The position numbers and the translations under genes are program-made. Positions 32,628 through 43,132 of a DNA stretch of 64,000 nt are shown here, piece after piece. Each line of letters opens with the position of its first letter. Positions within the stretch are counted from its first letter, which is position 1. Below the pieces are notes generated by a model. The model was not told where the DNA came from and did not search any database. It saw only the letters and a program-made list of their open reading frames with translations. Source of the DNA: Macrostomum hystrix (lineage: Eukaryota > Animalia > Platyhelminthes); contig CATNEN010000029.1 in the NCBI GenBank assembly GCA_950097015.1, forward strand, positions 1,054,001 through 1,118,000, given 5' to 3'.

Positions 32628-35600
32628 ATGACATCAACACCTGGGCCAACGCCTGCAATGGGTGGTCAGCAGCAGCTGATCGATCGCCTTCGCAATACAG
32701 TGCAATCCTATGTGGCTCGACTGCAATACAAATCAGCCGCATTTTGGGCCGATAAGCTTGTTAGCTTAAGTCGCAGCCAACCAAAAGATGTTTATAATTA
32801 TTGCCAGTGCCTGCACATGACTAAACAGTATCATAGGGCACTGCATCATTTGAAGCAGCGCCAGTTGCATTCACGCACGGTGGCCGGCTGTCATCTAGCC
32901 GCGCTGTGCCATTATGAGACTGGCGAATTCAATGACGCCCTGGCTGTGCTGGATAACGCTGCCGCCGCCGCCGGCTGCGACCCAACGAACGGCGCCGACG
33001 CTGTCAGCCTTAGTGCCAGCCAATGGCTAGCTAGCGCTAGTCGAGTCATTGACGACGACAATTTAACATCTGCGTCCAATGACGATTGGCAACGCCTGCC
33101 GCAGTATGACGAATTCGGTCCTGCCGTGCCGTTCTCTAGCAGGCTCGGTGGCCCTGCTCCGAGGTCGCGTGTTCGAATCCTTAGGCGTCAGGCCTCGAGC
33201 AATCCACTGTTACGTGGACGCTCTGCGCAAGGACGCATTCTGTTACGAAGCCTTCGAAGCGCTATTTGGCTCGCAGAATCTGCGCGCCTCCGAGGAGGCG
33301 GAATTGTTGGCCAATTTGCGTTTCGACGATGCCTGCCAGTCGCCTGACGAGGCCAAATTGTTGCAGCTAATGTACGGCAATAGGATTAATAAATACGGAC
33401 CGCCTAGAGAGCTGGAGGTGCCACAGCCTCTGATGGCTTTGAAGGTAAGAAAACCTCATGCTATTAATGCTGAATAGTCATGATAGTTTTTAAAAAAAAG
33501 TTGACGCAAGCATACTTTAGGCCAAACTATTTATTTAGTTTTCCTTATTTATACTGTAGAAAGAGCATTAGAAAGCATGGAAATTCCACGGGTGCTATTT
33601 CAAATACCCACTGCCTACTTAACGAAGGGGGTGAGTGAGTGGGTCAGCGGCTAGAGTCGCTGCCTCACTTTCCAATGGTCGCTGGTTCGTTCCTCCCTCC
33701 AAGTCACGATTATTTCGGGGCTTGGTTGGGGGTCTGCCAAGTAGTGACTTGCGGAGATGCACCTTATTCTGTGCAACCAAAGCTAATTTAAAATAGCTTA
33801 ACCCCTGCCTTCTGCATGCCTGCTTGTTCTTGTTTGTGTTTGTGCGTTGGACCGGGTGTGAGGCGTTGTATGGGGGTGGGGCGGGTGTGCACCAGCCATG
33901 CGTGCTCTGAGCGGCGAGGTTTCACCAAGCGTCTGCGCGCGTGGCTTGGTCCAGTCGTCCCTACCCTTCAGGCATCTAAGCCCTCCCCTGGTTTGGTCTG
34001 CTCTGTGCCTGTGCGGACCTGGGGTGAGAGGCAGTCCGGCTGCCGCCCCCTTTCACGCTTGGCTTGCTGCTGTGCGTGAGGTGCCTGAGTCCAGGGGTCC
34101 AGATGGCGCGATGGGCGACTCCCGCCTGGTTCGCCGGCCTGGGGGCATGCCGTTCCTGCGCTTGTGCGTCAAGTGCCCCAGGCCCCCTGCAATTAAGTAA
34201 GTAAGCCTACTTACCGGTGGCTCCAAAACCGAATGACCGATTTCCTTGAAAGTCCACCGTAAGAATCTAAATTTTCTGACGTCAGCATCGACAGCATCGG
34301 TGACAAGGACAACTAACATTGCTCTGTGTAAACCTCTATGGCGAATCCCCATTGGCTCAGTAATAAAATAATTACTACTATAATCAGTACTAGTACTTAT
34401 TTATTTATTAAGCAACAGATAGTCAGTGTATTAGTCATACTACTAGTACCGTTGGGCTGTCTAAACACAATCAATTTATCAGGACAACTGCGACCTGGTG
34501 ACTAGTCTAGCCGAGCGATACTTCTACGCCTGCCACTTTCACGAATGCCTTCAATTAACTAATGCCATTCTGGCTAGCGATCCGTTCAACGATCTTTGCC
34601 TGCCATTGCACATTGCCGCACTGAAAGAGTTGGGCAAAGACAACGACCTGTTTATGCTGGGCCATCAGCTGGTTGAACTATATCCGTCTAGGCCTATAGC
34701 TTGGTACGCTGTTGGCTGTTACTATCTGTGCATTCAGGACCAGGAAATGGCCAGGCGGTGAGTAGGCCTTTCACTGATTTCACCCTTCTCTACTGCTTCT
34801 GGATCTTGTCTGGCCTAATTGTCTGGCTGGCTGGCTGTCTGCAGACAGCTAGCAGACAGACAGCAGAGAGACAGCTAGAAAAAACATGTTTTTTTCTAGC
34901 TGTCTCTCTGTTCTGGCTGTCTCTCAGTTCTGGCTGTCTCTCAGTTCTGGCTGTCTCTCAGCTCTGGCTGTCTCTCAGTTCTGGCTGTCTCTCAGCTCTG
35001 GCTGTCTCTCAGTTCTGGCTGTCTCTCAGCTCTGGCTGTCTCTCAGTTCTGGCTGTCTCTCAGCTCTGGCTGTCTCTCAGTTCTGGCTGTCTCTCAGCTC
35101 TGGCTGTCTCTCTGTTTTTTTCTAGCTGTCTCTCTCAGTTCTGGCTGTCTCTCTGTTTTTTTCTAGCTGTCTCTCTCAGTTCTGGCTGTCTCTCTGTTTT
35201 TTTCTAGCTGTCTCTCTCAGTTCTGGCTGTCTCTCAGTTCTGGCTGTCTCTCAGTTCTGGCTGTCTCTCAGTTCTGTCTGGCTGTCTGTTATTTCTTGCT
35301 GTCTCTCTGTTCTGTCTGGCTGTCTGTTTTTTCTAGCTGTCTCTCAGTTCTATCTGACTGTCTCTCAGTTCTGGCTGTCTCTCAGTTCTGGCTGTCTCTC
35401 AGTTCTGGCTGTCTCTCAGTTCTGGCTGTCTCTCAGTTCTGGCTGTCTCTCAGTTCTGGCTGGCTGTCTGTTTTTTCTAGCTGTCTCTCAGTTCTATCTG
35501 ACTGTCTCTCAGTTCTGGCTGTCTCTCAGTTCTGGCTGTCTCTCAGTTCTGGCTGTCTCTCTGTTCTGTCTGGCTGTCTGTTTTTTCTAGCTGTCTCTCA

Positions 35601-37433
35601 GTTCTATCTGACTGTCTCTCAGTTCTGGCTGTCTCTCAGTTCTGGCTGTCTCTCAGTTCTGGCTGTCTCTCAGTTCTGGCTGTCTCTCAGTTCTGGCTGT
35701 CTCTCAGTTCTGGCTGGATCTCAGTTCTGGCTGTCTCTCAGTTCTGGCTGTCTCTCAGTTCTGGCTGTCTCTCAGTTCTGGCTGTCTCTCAGTTCTGGCT
35801 GTCTCTCAGTTCTGGCTGTCTCTCAGTTCTGGCTGGATCTCAGTTCTGGCTGTCTCTCAGTTCTAGCTGTCTCTCAGTTCTAGCTGTCTTTCAGTTCTGT
35901 CTGTCTCTGTGTTCCGTCTTGCCGTCTCTTTGTCCTTTTCTCCTGGTTTCTGTTCAGTATACACTCTACTAATAGTAGTGGTATGTATATGTATAGGCAT
36001 TTGTTTCCAACATAACCCAATCTATGCAGCTACCTAATGAAGTGCACTCGCATGAATCGCTATTTCGGCCCTGGCTGGATAGCTCTGGGCCATGCTCTGG
36101 CTGCTGACACTGAGCACGACCAAGCTATAGCCGCCTACACCACAGCCATCCAGGCTATGCAGGGCAGTCACGTGCCGTACCTGTACATCGGCCTGGAGTA
36201 CGGCCTCACTAACAATCTGCCTTTAGCCAGCGAATTCTTTGACCAGGCTGTCCAACTGTGCCCGGACGATCCGTTTCTATTGCACGAACGCGGCGCCACC
36301 TATTTCAATTCCGGAGACTTTAACAAGGCCGAGGAACAATTCCGACTGGCCATCGGCCGGATTGACGAATTATCCGGCGAGATGCCCGGCGCCTTCTGGG
36401 AGCCCGTGTTTAATAATCTGGGCCATACGTGTCGCAAACTGAAACGGTGAGGATGATGTTTAATATTTTCTGTAGATTGTGTCTTGGTTCTGTCAGATTG
36501 TGTCTCGGTTCTGTCAGATTGTGTCTCGGTTCTGTCAGATTGTGTCTTGCTTCTGTCAGATTGTGTCTCGGTTCTGTCAGATTGTGTCTCGGTTCTGTCA
36601 GATTGTGTCTCGGTTCTGTCAGATTGTGTCTTGGTTCTGTCAGATTGTGTCTCGGTTCTGTCAGATTGTGTCTCGGTTCTGTCAGATTGTGTCTTGGTTC
36701 AGTCAGATTGTGTCTTGGTTCATTCAGATTGTGTCTTGGTTCAGTCAGATTGTGTCTTGGTTCATTTAGATTGTGTCTTGGTTCAGTCAGATTGTGTCTT
36801 GGTTCATTCAGATTGTGTCTTGGTTCAGTCAGATTGTGTCTTGGTTCAGTCAAATTGTGTCTTGGTTCAGTCAGATTGTGTCTTGGTTATCTGTAAAGCT
36901 CATATTTCACCAGAAAATTCTAAAATAAATCTGTCAGATACGACGAGGCCATTCAGTACCACCAGCGCGCCTGGTCACTGTTGCCCGGCAACGCGTCGAC
37001 TCTAACAGCTATGGGCTACGCCTACGCACTTAGCGGCGACTTCGACCGGGCGGTGGACAATCTAACTAGATCCCTCAGCATCAATGCCGACGATAAGTTC
37101 ACTTCCCAGTTATTGGACTCTCTGGTTGTTGTCCTGACTGAGTCTCACCAGCCCTGGCTAGACTCTCTGCTAGCTGGCCAAGACAGCCTGCCCTCCATCA
37201 GTTGGCAGGACCTGCCCGAGCGTCAGCAGCCGTCTTCGGCCGCAGCCGGCCAAGCCGCTGATTCGCCGTTGTCGGCATCAAATGGCGCCGCTGGTCGCTG
37301 GCTCCAGTCGGCGACTACACAGACGCCGAACTCCGCCATTCGTTCGCGTCAGCAGCAGCAGCAGCGTCAGCTGACCATGTCTGCCGGCAGTGTGGAAAGT
37401 GTCGACATGGAAGATGTGTCCATGGACATGTAA
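32628..37433 (+). CDS. CDC16: Anaphase-promoting complex subunit 6 (TPR protein), 4 exons, about 667 aa, one apparent frameshift in exon 1
   Basis: Exons 32628-33444, 34483-34757, 36030-36446, 36938-37433. Motifs: YKSAAFWADKL, ALRKDAFCYEAFE, LAERYFY.C, DPF...CLPLHIA.L.EL, LF.LGH.LV.LYP..PIAWYAVGCYY, FGPGWIALGH, EHDQAIAAY, WEPVFNNLGH.CRKL. The frame shifts by +1 near 33120-33140. Confidence 0.92.
33627..34205 (+). mobile_element. Possible third SINE-like or composite insertion in CDC16 intron 1
   Basis: tRNA-like head (gtgggtcagcgg A-box-like, ggttcgttcc B-box-like), then a GC-rich 400-bp body ending in aattaagtaagtaag. Single copy in this window. Confidence 0.35.
34820..35905. repeat. 17-bp minisatellite filling CDC16 intron 2
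   Basis: Unit ctggctgtctctcagtt, about 55 copies with variants; contains a short inverted segment at its start. Confidence 0.95.
36472..36888. repeat. 21-bp minisatellite filling CDC16 intron 3
   Basis: Unit tcagattgtgtc(t)tggttc(t/a)g, about 20 copies. Confidence 0.95.
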
Positions 37434-37493
37434 ACCGTCCGTGGATTTCAGTGAATGTTCTACAGCATTCTAGCAGTTTTGTTTGCTTTTGAG

Positions 37494-37905
37494 ACACCAG
37501 ACACAACTCCAGTCACACCAGACACAACTCCAGCCACACCAGACACAACTCCAGTCACACCAGACACAACTCCAGCCACACCAGACACAACTCCAGTCAC
37601 ACCAGACACAACTCCAGCCACACCAGACACAACTCCAGCCACACCAGACACAACTCCAGCCACGCCAGACACAACTTCAGCCACACCAGACACAACTCCA
37701 GCCACACCAGACACAACTTCAGCCACACCAGACACAACTTCAGCCACACCAGACACAACTCCAGCCACGCCAGACACAACTCCAGCCACACCAGACACAA
37801 CTCCAGCCACACCAGACACAACTCCAGCCACACCAGACACAACTCCAGCCACACCAGACACAACTCCAGCCACGCCAGACACAACTCAGCCACAACGGAC
37901 ACAAC
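37494..37905. repeat. 21-bp minisatellite just 3' of the CDC16 stop
   Basis: Unit cagacacaactccagccacac, about 19 copies. Confidence 0.95.
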
Positions 37906-38504
37906 TCTAATCTCACCAGTCCCCTGTAGTTATTATCAAAAAATTGTCAGCTTCTGTTATTAAAAAATGAAATTCTTTATTTCTTGCTGTGTCAGTTTTT
38001 TTCAAAGACAATATGCAACATAATGTGTGCTGAAACATATTTTTTGCATTTTCTAGGGGTTCGTAAAATGATAGTAATTTTACCCCGTTAAAAGATGTAT
38101 AATCAACTGTTTGTATTTAAAAAATATAAAATTTAAAATATGCTTATCCAGCACATTGCTTTCCAAGATGTTGTGAAAACAGTTTGTTATTTTATAACCT
38201 ACTTAAACTAAAACTTACAAATCAGCGGCAGATGTTGAAACAAATTCTAAAAACAACGTCCTATCTATCCTACTTAAAGTAGAGGTTTAGCACAGAGTTG
38301 TGCTTTATTACCAGTTTTTACCTACGTTTCTTTAAACCATTAGTTTAACGTACTTTTAAGTCGCCCAGTTCTTCCATGGCTCCACACCTTAATCCTTTCG
38401 AGCTTATTCGTTAATCCAGCGCTAAACATTTAAATCTTCAGCCGCTAATCCAATCCTTCATCGTTTGTGGCTTCACTTAAGAATTAATTCCCCATGCCTC
38501 TTAT

Positions 38505-38845
38505 TTTTTGCCGCTAATCCACTCCCTAATCTTTCAGATCTTCAGCCGCTAATCCACTCCCTAATCTTTCAGATCTTCAGTCGCTAATCCACTCCCTAAT
38601 CTTTCAGACCTTCATTCGCTAATCCACTCCCTAAGCTTTCAGATCTTCAGTCGCTAATCCACTCCCTAATCTTTCAGATCTTCAGTCGCTAATCCACTCC
38701 CTAATCTTTCAGATCTTCAGTCGCTAATCCACTCCCTAATCTTTCAGATCTTCAGTCGCTAATCCACTCCCTAAGCTTTCAGATCTCCAGCCGCTAATCC
38801 ACTCTCTAATCTTTCATATCTTCAGCCGTTAATCCTCTTCCTAAT
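38505..38845. repeat. 35-bp minisatellite upstream of the glutaredoxin-like gene
   Basis: Unit cttcagtcgctaatccactccctaatctttcagat, about 9-10 copies; inverted degenerate copies at 39815-39910. Confidence 0.95.
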
Positions 38846-38915
38846 CATTTAAGTTTTCAAGGTTCCCTTGAAGAGTATTTGTTAATAAGCATCTCATCTC
38901 ATCTCCAGTCAGCAA

Positions 38916-39284
38916 ATGCTATATTGGAGTCTGCAAAGCTGTGCAGCGCGCATCGCATTGCGCTGCTTCGCGTTGCCCCACCGGTTAGCCAGCGGCGGTA
39001 GCTCCAAGCAGCCTCCAGTGCTGACAATGTACACCAAGCCAGGCTGCACTCTGTGCGAGGACGCCGTTGAAGACATTCAACCGCTGCTGGATGCCAATCG
39101 GTTAATTTTGCGCCGGATTAATATTGACCTGCCTGAAAATTGCCGCTATCAGATTTGGCGCTACGATATACCCGTGTTTAGCATACAAGGCCTGCCGAAC
39201 ATGCTTCATAGGCTGGATGTGGCGGCGCTCACGGCACACCTGGCCAAACTGGAAGAGTCCGCTACGCGTCACGATGACGGGTGA
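38916..39284 (+). CDS. Glutaredoxin-like/thioredoxin-fold protein (C5orf63/YDR286C type), single exon, 122 aa
   Basis: Intact ORF with an N-terminal targeting-like segment, then LTMYTKPGCTLCEDA (CxxC), I.ID.PEN, RYDIPVF. This matches the glutaredoxin-like (DUF836) pattern. Confidence 0.8.
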   Translation: MLYWSLQSCAARIALRCFALPHRLASGGSSKQPPVLTMYTKPGCTLCEDAVEDIQPLLDANRLILRRINIDLPENCRYQIWRYDIPVFSIQGLPNMLHRLDVAALTAHLAKLEESATRHDDG

Positions 39285-39404
39285 ACCATTTTTTAAATGA
39301 TTTTTTCTTGCCTGGCAGCCGAATTGAGTTATTGAGTTATGAGCAAGGACTTCTTAAATAACTCTAATCCTTGAGACCCTTAGCCGTTAATCCACTCTAT
39401 ATAA

Positions 39405-39745
39405 GGGGGTGAGTGGCAGCGCGGTCTAACGCGTTCGCCTCTCGCACCAAGGTCCCTGAGCTCGATTCCACTTTTAAGGCCACATTAAATTGGTGCGCGG
39501 CCGCGGAGAGAAGGCTTTGGGGGGCTTGTCGTGCAATTTACGCCCTTGAGGGCCAACTTCCAAGGCACAGTGAGAGTGTACACTGCCTGACGATGAGAAA
39601 GTCAGGCCAGATGTACACACCTGTGTGAGCGTGTGCCTGCGTACAGTATCTGTGTGCGTGTGTGCTCAGGAGTCAGCGAAATGGGCAGAATGTTTCAGCC
39701 CTCCTGCAATCATTATTATTAGTATCATTATTATTTTTATTATTA
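39405..39745 (+). mobile_element. SINE family A copy
   Basis: Full head gggggtgagtggcagcgcggtctaacgcg; body gagaaggc..gtgcaatttacgcccttgagggccaac; 3' domain partly deleted; ATT-rich tail. Confidence 0.85.
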
Positions 39746-40913
39746 ATAGTTTTTTCATTATCCTCTCTATGTGCCATTAGATCTTCGGTTGCAAATCTAC
39801 TTCCCTAGCAGTGAAATTCGCGACTGAAAATATGCAAGATTAGGAAGTGGATTAGCGACTGAAAATCAGAAGGCCTTGTATGGATTATGGATTAGATTAG
39901 AGACTAAATTTGTGGCATGCATTGCACTAACGGATCGATGCTATATTTAACGATTCTAGTTGTCTCCTATACAGTCCGAATGAGTCGCTGAAACAGTAGT
40001 TTTTTATTTAATCTGTAATTTATCAGTTTTAAAGAAATAAGAGATTTATTTTTCTCTTTCCCTTTCTGTCCGTCTGTCTCTTCGCTATTAGCAGCGTCAA
40101 AAGAATGCAACTGTTGCAATTGATATAGATAAGACTGGACTGCGCCAATTTTATAAGTGTTTCTGTTCCGTTCTGTATTCATTCTTCTACTTGTGAGTTT
40201 GTTTTGACAGCCCTGATATCTCTGCATGTGTTCGACCGATGTTAGTGAAAAATGCAAATAAAATCTGTGTGTTTTAGCTCAAGTTTTAGTTTAATATTGT
40301 GGACAGAAATCCCTATTGTACATTCACTGAAAAATTTACGAAATTACGAGTAGAAATACGATTTTTAATGAGCATCGAGCATCGAGACAGATACAGAGAT
40401 ATCAGAGGTGTGTATAAAAACTAAGGTATTTATCATATACGAGTATATAAACAAGCGAATATTGTGAGTCTGGGGCTCATCTATATATTATTTTCTTGTG
40501 TGTTTAAAGCATTCCTCCAGTTTGGTCGCCAGTCTGAGCCATACACTGCCAACATTATTTTTGTTTTCTTGCTCTCATTCTCATTCTTGCTGCAATTAGC
40601 GAGTGTGTTACTGTCCCTCGCTTAAAATTCATTGGCTATGAAAATCTGTACGCGCCAAACAGCATTTTCTCTTTAATACTGCATGCCAGAATTATTGTAC
40701 TGCGCATTTCCAAGAAATTGGCATTGAAAGCTAGAAAGTAGAGCTGTGTTGAGTTTTAGAGGGCTAGCTAAATTAAAGTACATTGTACTGCTTGGGCTAC
40801 GCGGATGGGTTGCTTTAAAAAAATACTTATCAATGCGTGAGTGCATATATATTTGTGCGTATGAATGTTTAGTTTGCGATTGTATCTAACACACTACTGA
40901 GTCAAGATCAGCC

Positions 40914-42372
40914 ATGCCAATGGCTAAAGAACTAACAGAACAAGATAAACTTAAAGACTCTATGTTGCTTTCAACCGACAAGCAAAAATGTCAGCAGCAG
41001 AAGCCGAGACGACGACGTCCATATAGCCGACAGAGCTCAGTTAACAACAGCAACAGCAATAATAAAGGCTGCTTCGAGCGCATCGACATGTGGCTTCGTC
41101 AGCGGTTGGAATCCGCCGACCTGGCCGACCTGGCCTGGCTAGACCGGGCCAGCGGTCTGTTTCGCATCGACTGGCGACGAAGCAGCTGCTCGACGCGCAG
41201 CAAACCTGACACTTTTGTTGCCAACGACGGCACCAACGCTGAAGAGAATTGTGATGATACACAGCAACTGCAGCGAGACAGCGTGTTCGCTGCATGGGAT
41301 TGTCATCGAGGTGCGACCGCCAGTGTAGTTTTGATAAAACTAGGAGGGTGACTGATTGTCAGAAACTAGACTGACGGTGGTTGGCCGTCGGACACTAGAC
41401 TGACGGTAGTTGACCGTCGGACACCAGGGTGACGGTGGTTGACCGTCGGACACTAGGGTGACGCTAGTTGACCGTCGGACACTAGACTGACGCTAGTTGA
41501 CCGTCGGATGCTAGACTGACGGTGGTTGACCGTCGGACACTAGGGTGACAGTGGTTGACCGTCGGACACTAGGGTGCCGGTGGTTGACCGTCGGACACTA
41601 GGCTGACATTGACCGTCGGACACTAGGGTGACATTGACCGTCGGACACTAGGGTGACATTGACCGTCGGACACTAGGGTGACGGTGGTTGACCGTCGGAT
41701 ACAAGGGTGACGGTGGTTGACCGTCGGGCACTAGGGTGACATTGACTGTCGGACACTAGGGCGACGGTGACTGTCGGACACTGGGTTTAAAGGGACAGTG
41801 TAAGTGTCGGTTCTGTGACATGTTTGTGCCACTCTAGGCAAATTAATTTTACCATAGAATGTCACTCATATAAAAATAGTGTGTCACTCGTGTGAAAATT
41901 ATAGGTCGCTGGTGTGACACTAGTGTGACAAAAGTGTGACACTGATGTATCACTAATGTGAAAATATAGTCCATAGCTTCATCTTATTGCCTTCTGTAGT
42001 TGTGGAAGTCTTTAAACTGATATTGTCTATAATAGCCCTTTTATCCGCACAGGCCGCCGGGGCAGCTCAGCTGAGTATCGCCGGCTAAAGCAGACTCTGC
42101 GCTGCGCTCTGAACGGCAGCCGACGGCATCTGCGCTATCGGCGCGACCTCAGCACGCGCAGCGGGGCCGGGGCCTATCGAGTCTATCAGTTTGTTGGCTC
42201 CTGCTCTGCCGACAGTATAACTGGCGCCAGCCCCGACGTCATTGATGCAATTGATTCCAACCAGCTGTTCGATCTGGTTGCTATGGAAGAGATTAGCTGG
42301 CTAGCAACCGATTCAATGCGGCGCAAGGACTCGCCTTTGGTGTCAGACAGCGATCCCTATTTGGATTCTTAA
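40914..42372 (+). CDS. Interferon regulatory factor (IRF)-like transcription factor, DNA-binding domain plus short tail, 2 exons, 238 aa
   Basis: Exon 1 40914-41310 (donor gtgcga, phase 1) joins exon 2 42053-42372 (acceptor gcacag). Spliced protein: RIDMWLRQRLES..LAWLD...LFRIDWRR...VFAAWD.HRG...LKQTLRCALN...AYRVYQF, collinear with the IRF DNA-binding domain. Exon 2 is absent from the ORF track. Confidence 0.85.
41365..41785. repeat. 29/23-bp minisatellite in the IRF-like intron
   Basis: Unit gaccgtcggacactagggtgacggtggtt with 23-bp deletion variants, about 15 copies. Confidence 0.95.
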
Positions 42373-42704
42373 AGTAGTCCAATGTTACCTGATTTACCTG
42401 AATGAGTAGTCATGACAACAGTTTTGATGGGTTGTTATTAGCCATGAATAGGAAAAAATTAGATTAATTAATCATTAATTTTTTTATGAAATCTCCTATT
42501 TCTAAGTTACTGCGCTCTCCCAAACATAATGCGGTAAGAAGAATCTTAGTATAACTAGTTTATTAACGCATGTAAATATATACCCATAAACTACTTATTT
42601 ATTCATACAAGTTCGTTCGTTTATTCATTTTATTGCAATTTGCAATAACCCAGCTTTACATCTACTATAAAGCAGTCTTTCCAATGGGATTTGAGTAAGT
42701 ATGA

Positions 42705-42962
42705 TGAGCTTGTAGCCCTTTCTTATCTACAGGTCGGGAGTTCGAATCTCAGCCCAAGGAAGACAGTTTGTGTCCTTGAGCCAATGTACTTAATTCGTAA
42801 TTGCTTCTGTTCACAAAGCAATCCCAAATCCAGCTGGGAAAAATTTGAGTAGGTGTGGCCGTCTCATTAGTCCATGGACTGAACTGCTGTAGGCAGCCTT
42901 TGAAAGCGCTGCGCAATAGCTGCGCCTGAGCCACTAGCTGTGCAATTGGCCCAACTAGGCTA
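42705..42962 (+). mobile_element. SINE family B-related degenerate copy
   Basis: ggagttcgaatc B box, gtgtccttgag, gtaggtgtggc, agtccatggactgaac, gcgcaatagctg motifs in the same order as in other copies. Confidence 0.55.
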
Positions 42963-43132
42963 CGCGTCATTTCTAGTTTCTATCTCTCCCTAAGTCATTT
43001 TGTGAGATTTGGTCAGATTATTATTATTTCGATACATATCGGCTAGTATCTGCTATTAGGATTTCAAATGAGTATTACGATGAAAAAGGACAAACAAAAA
43101 TAACTTTTCTCTCGCCGTTTAATTTTAAGATC

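Noticed and set aside
39270-39300. Selenocysteine read-through of the glutaredoxin-like TGA
   Set aside because: The active site is an ordinary CxxC, the TGA is terminal, and no SECIS-like stem was seen.
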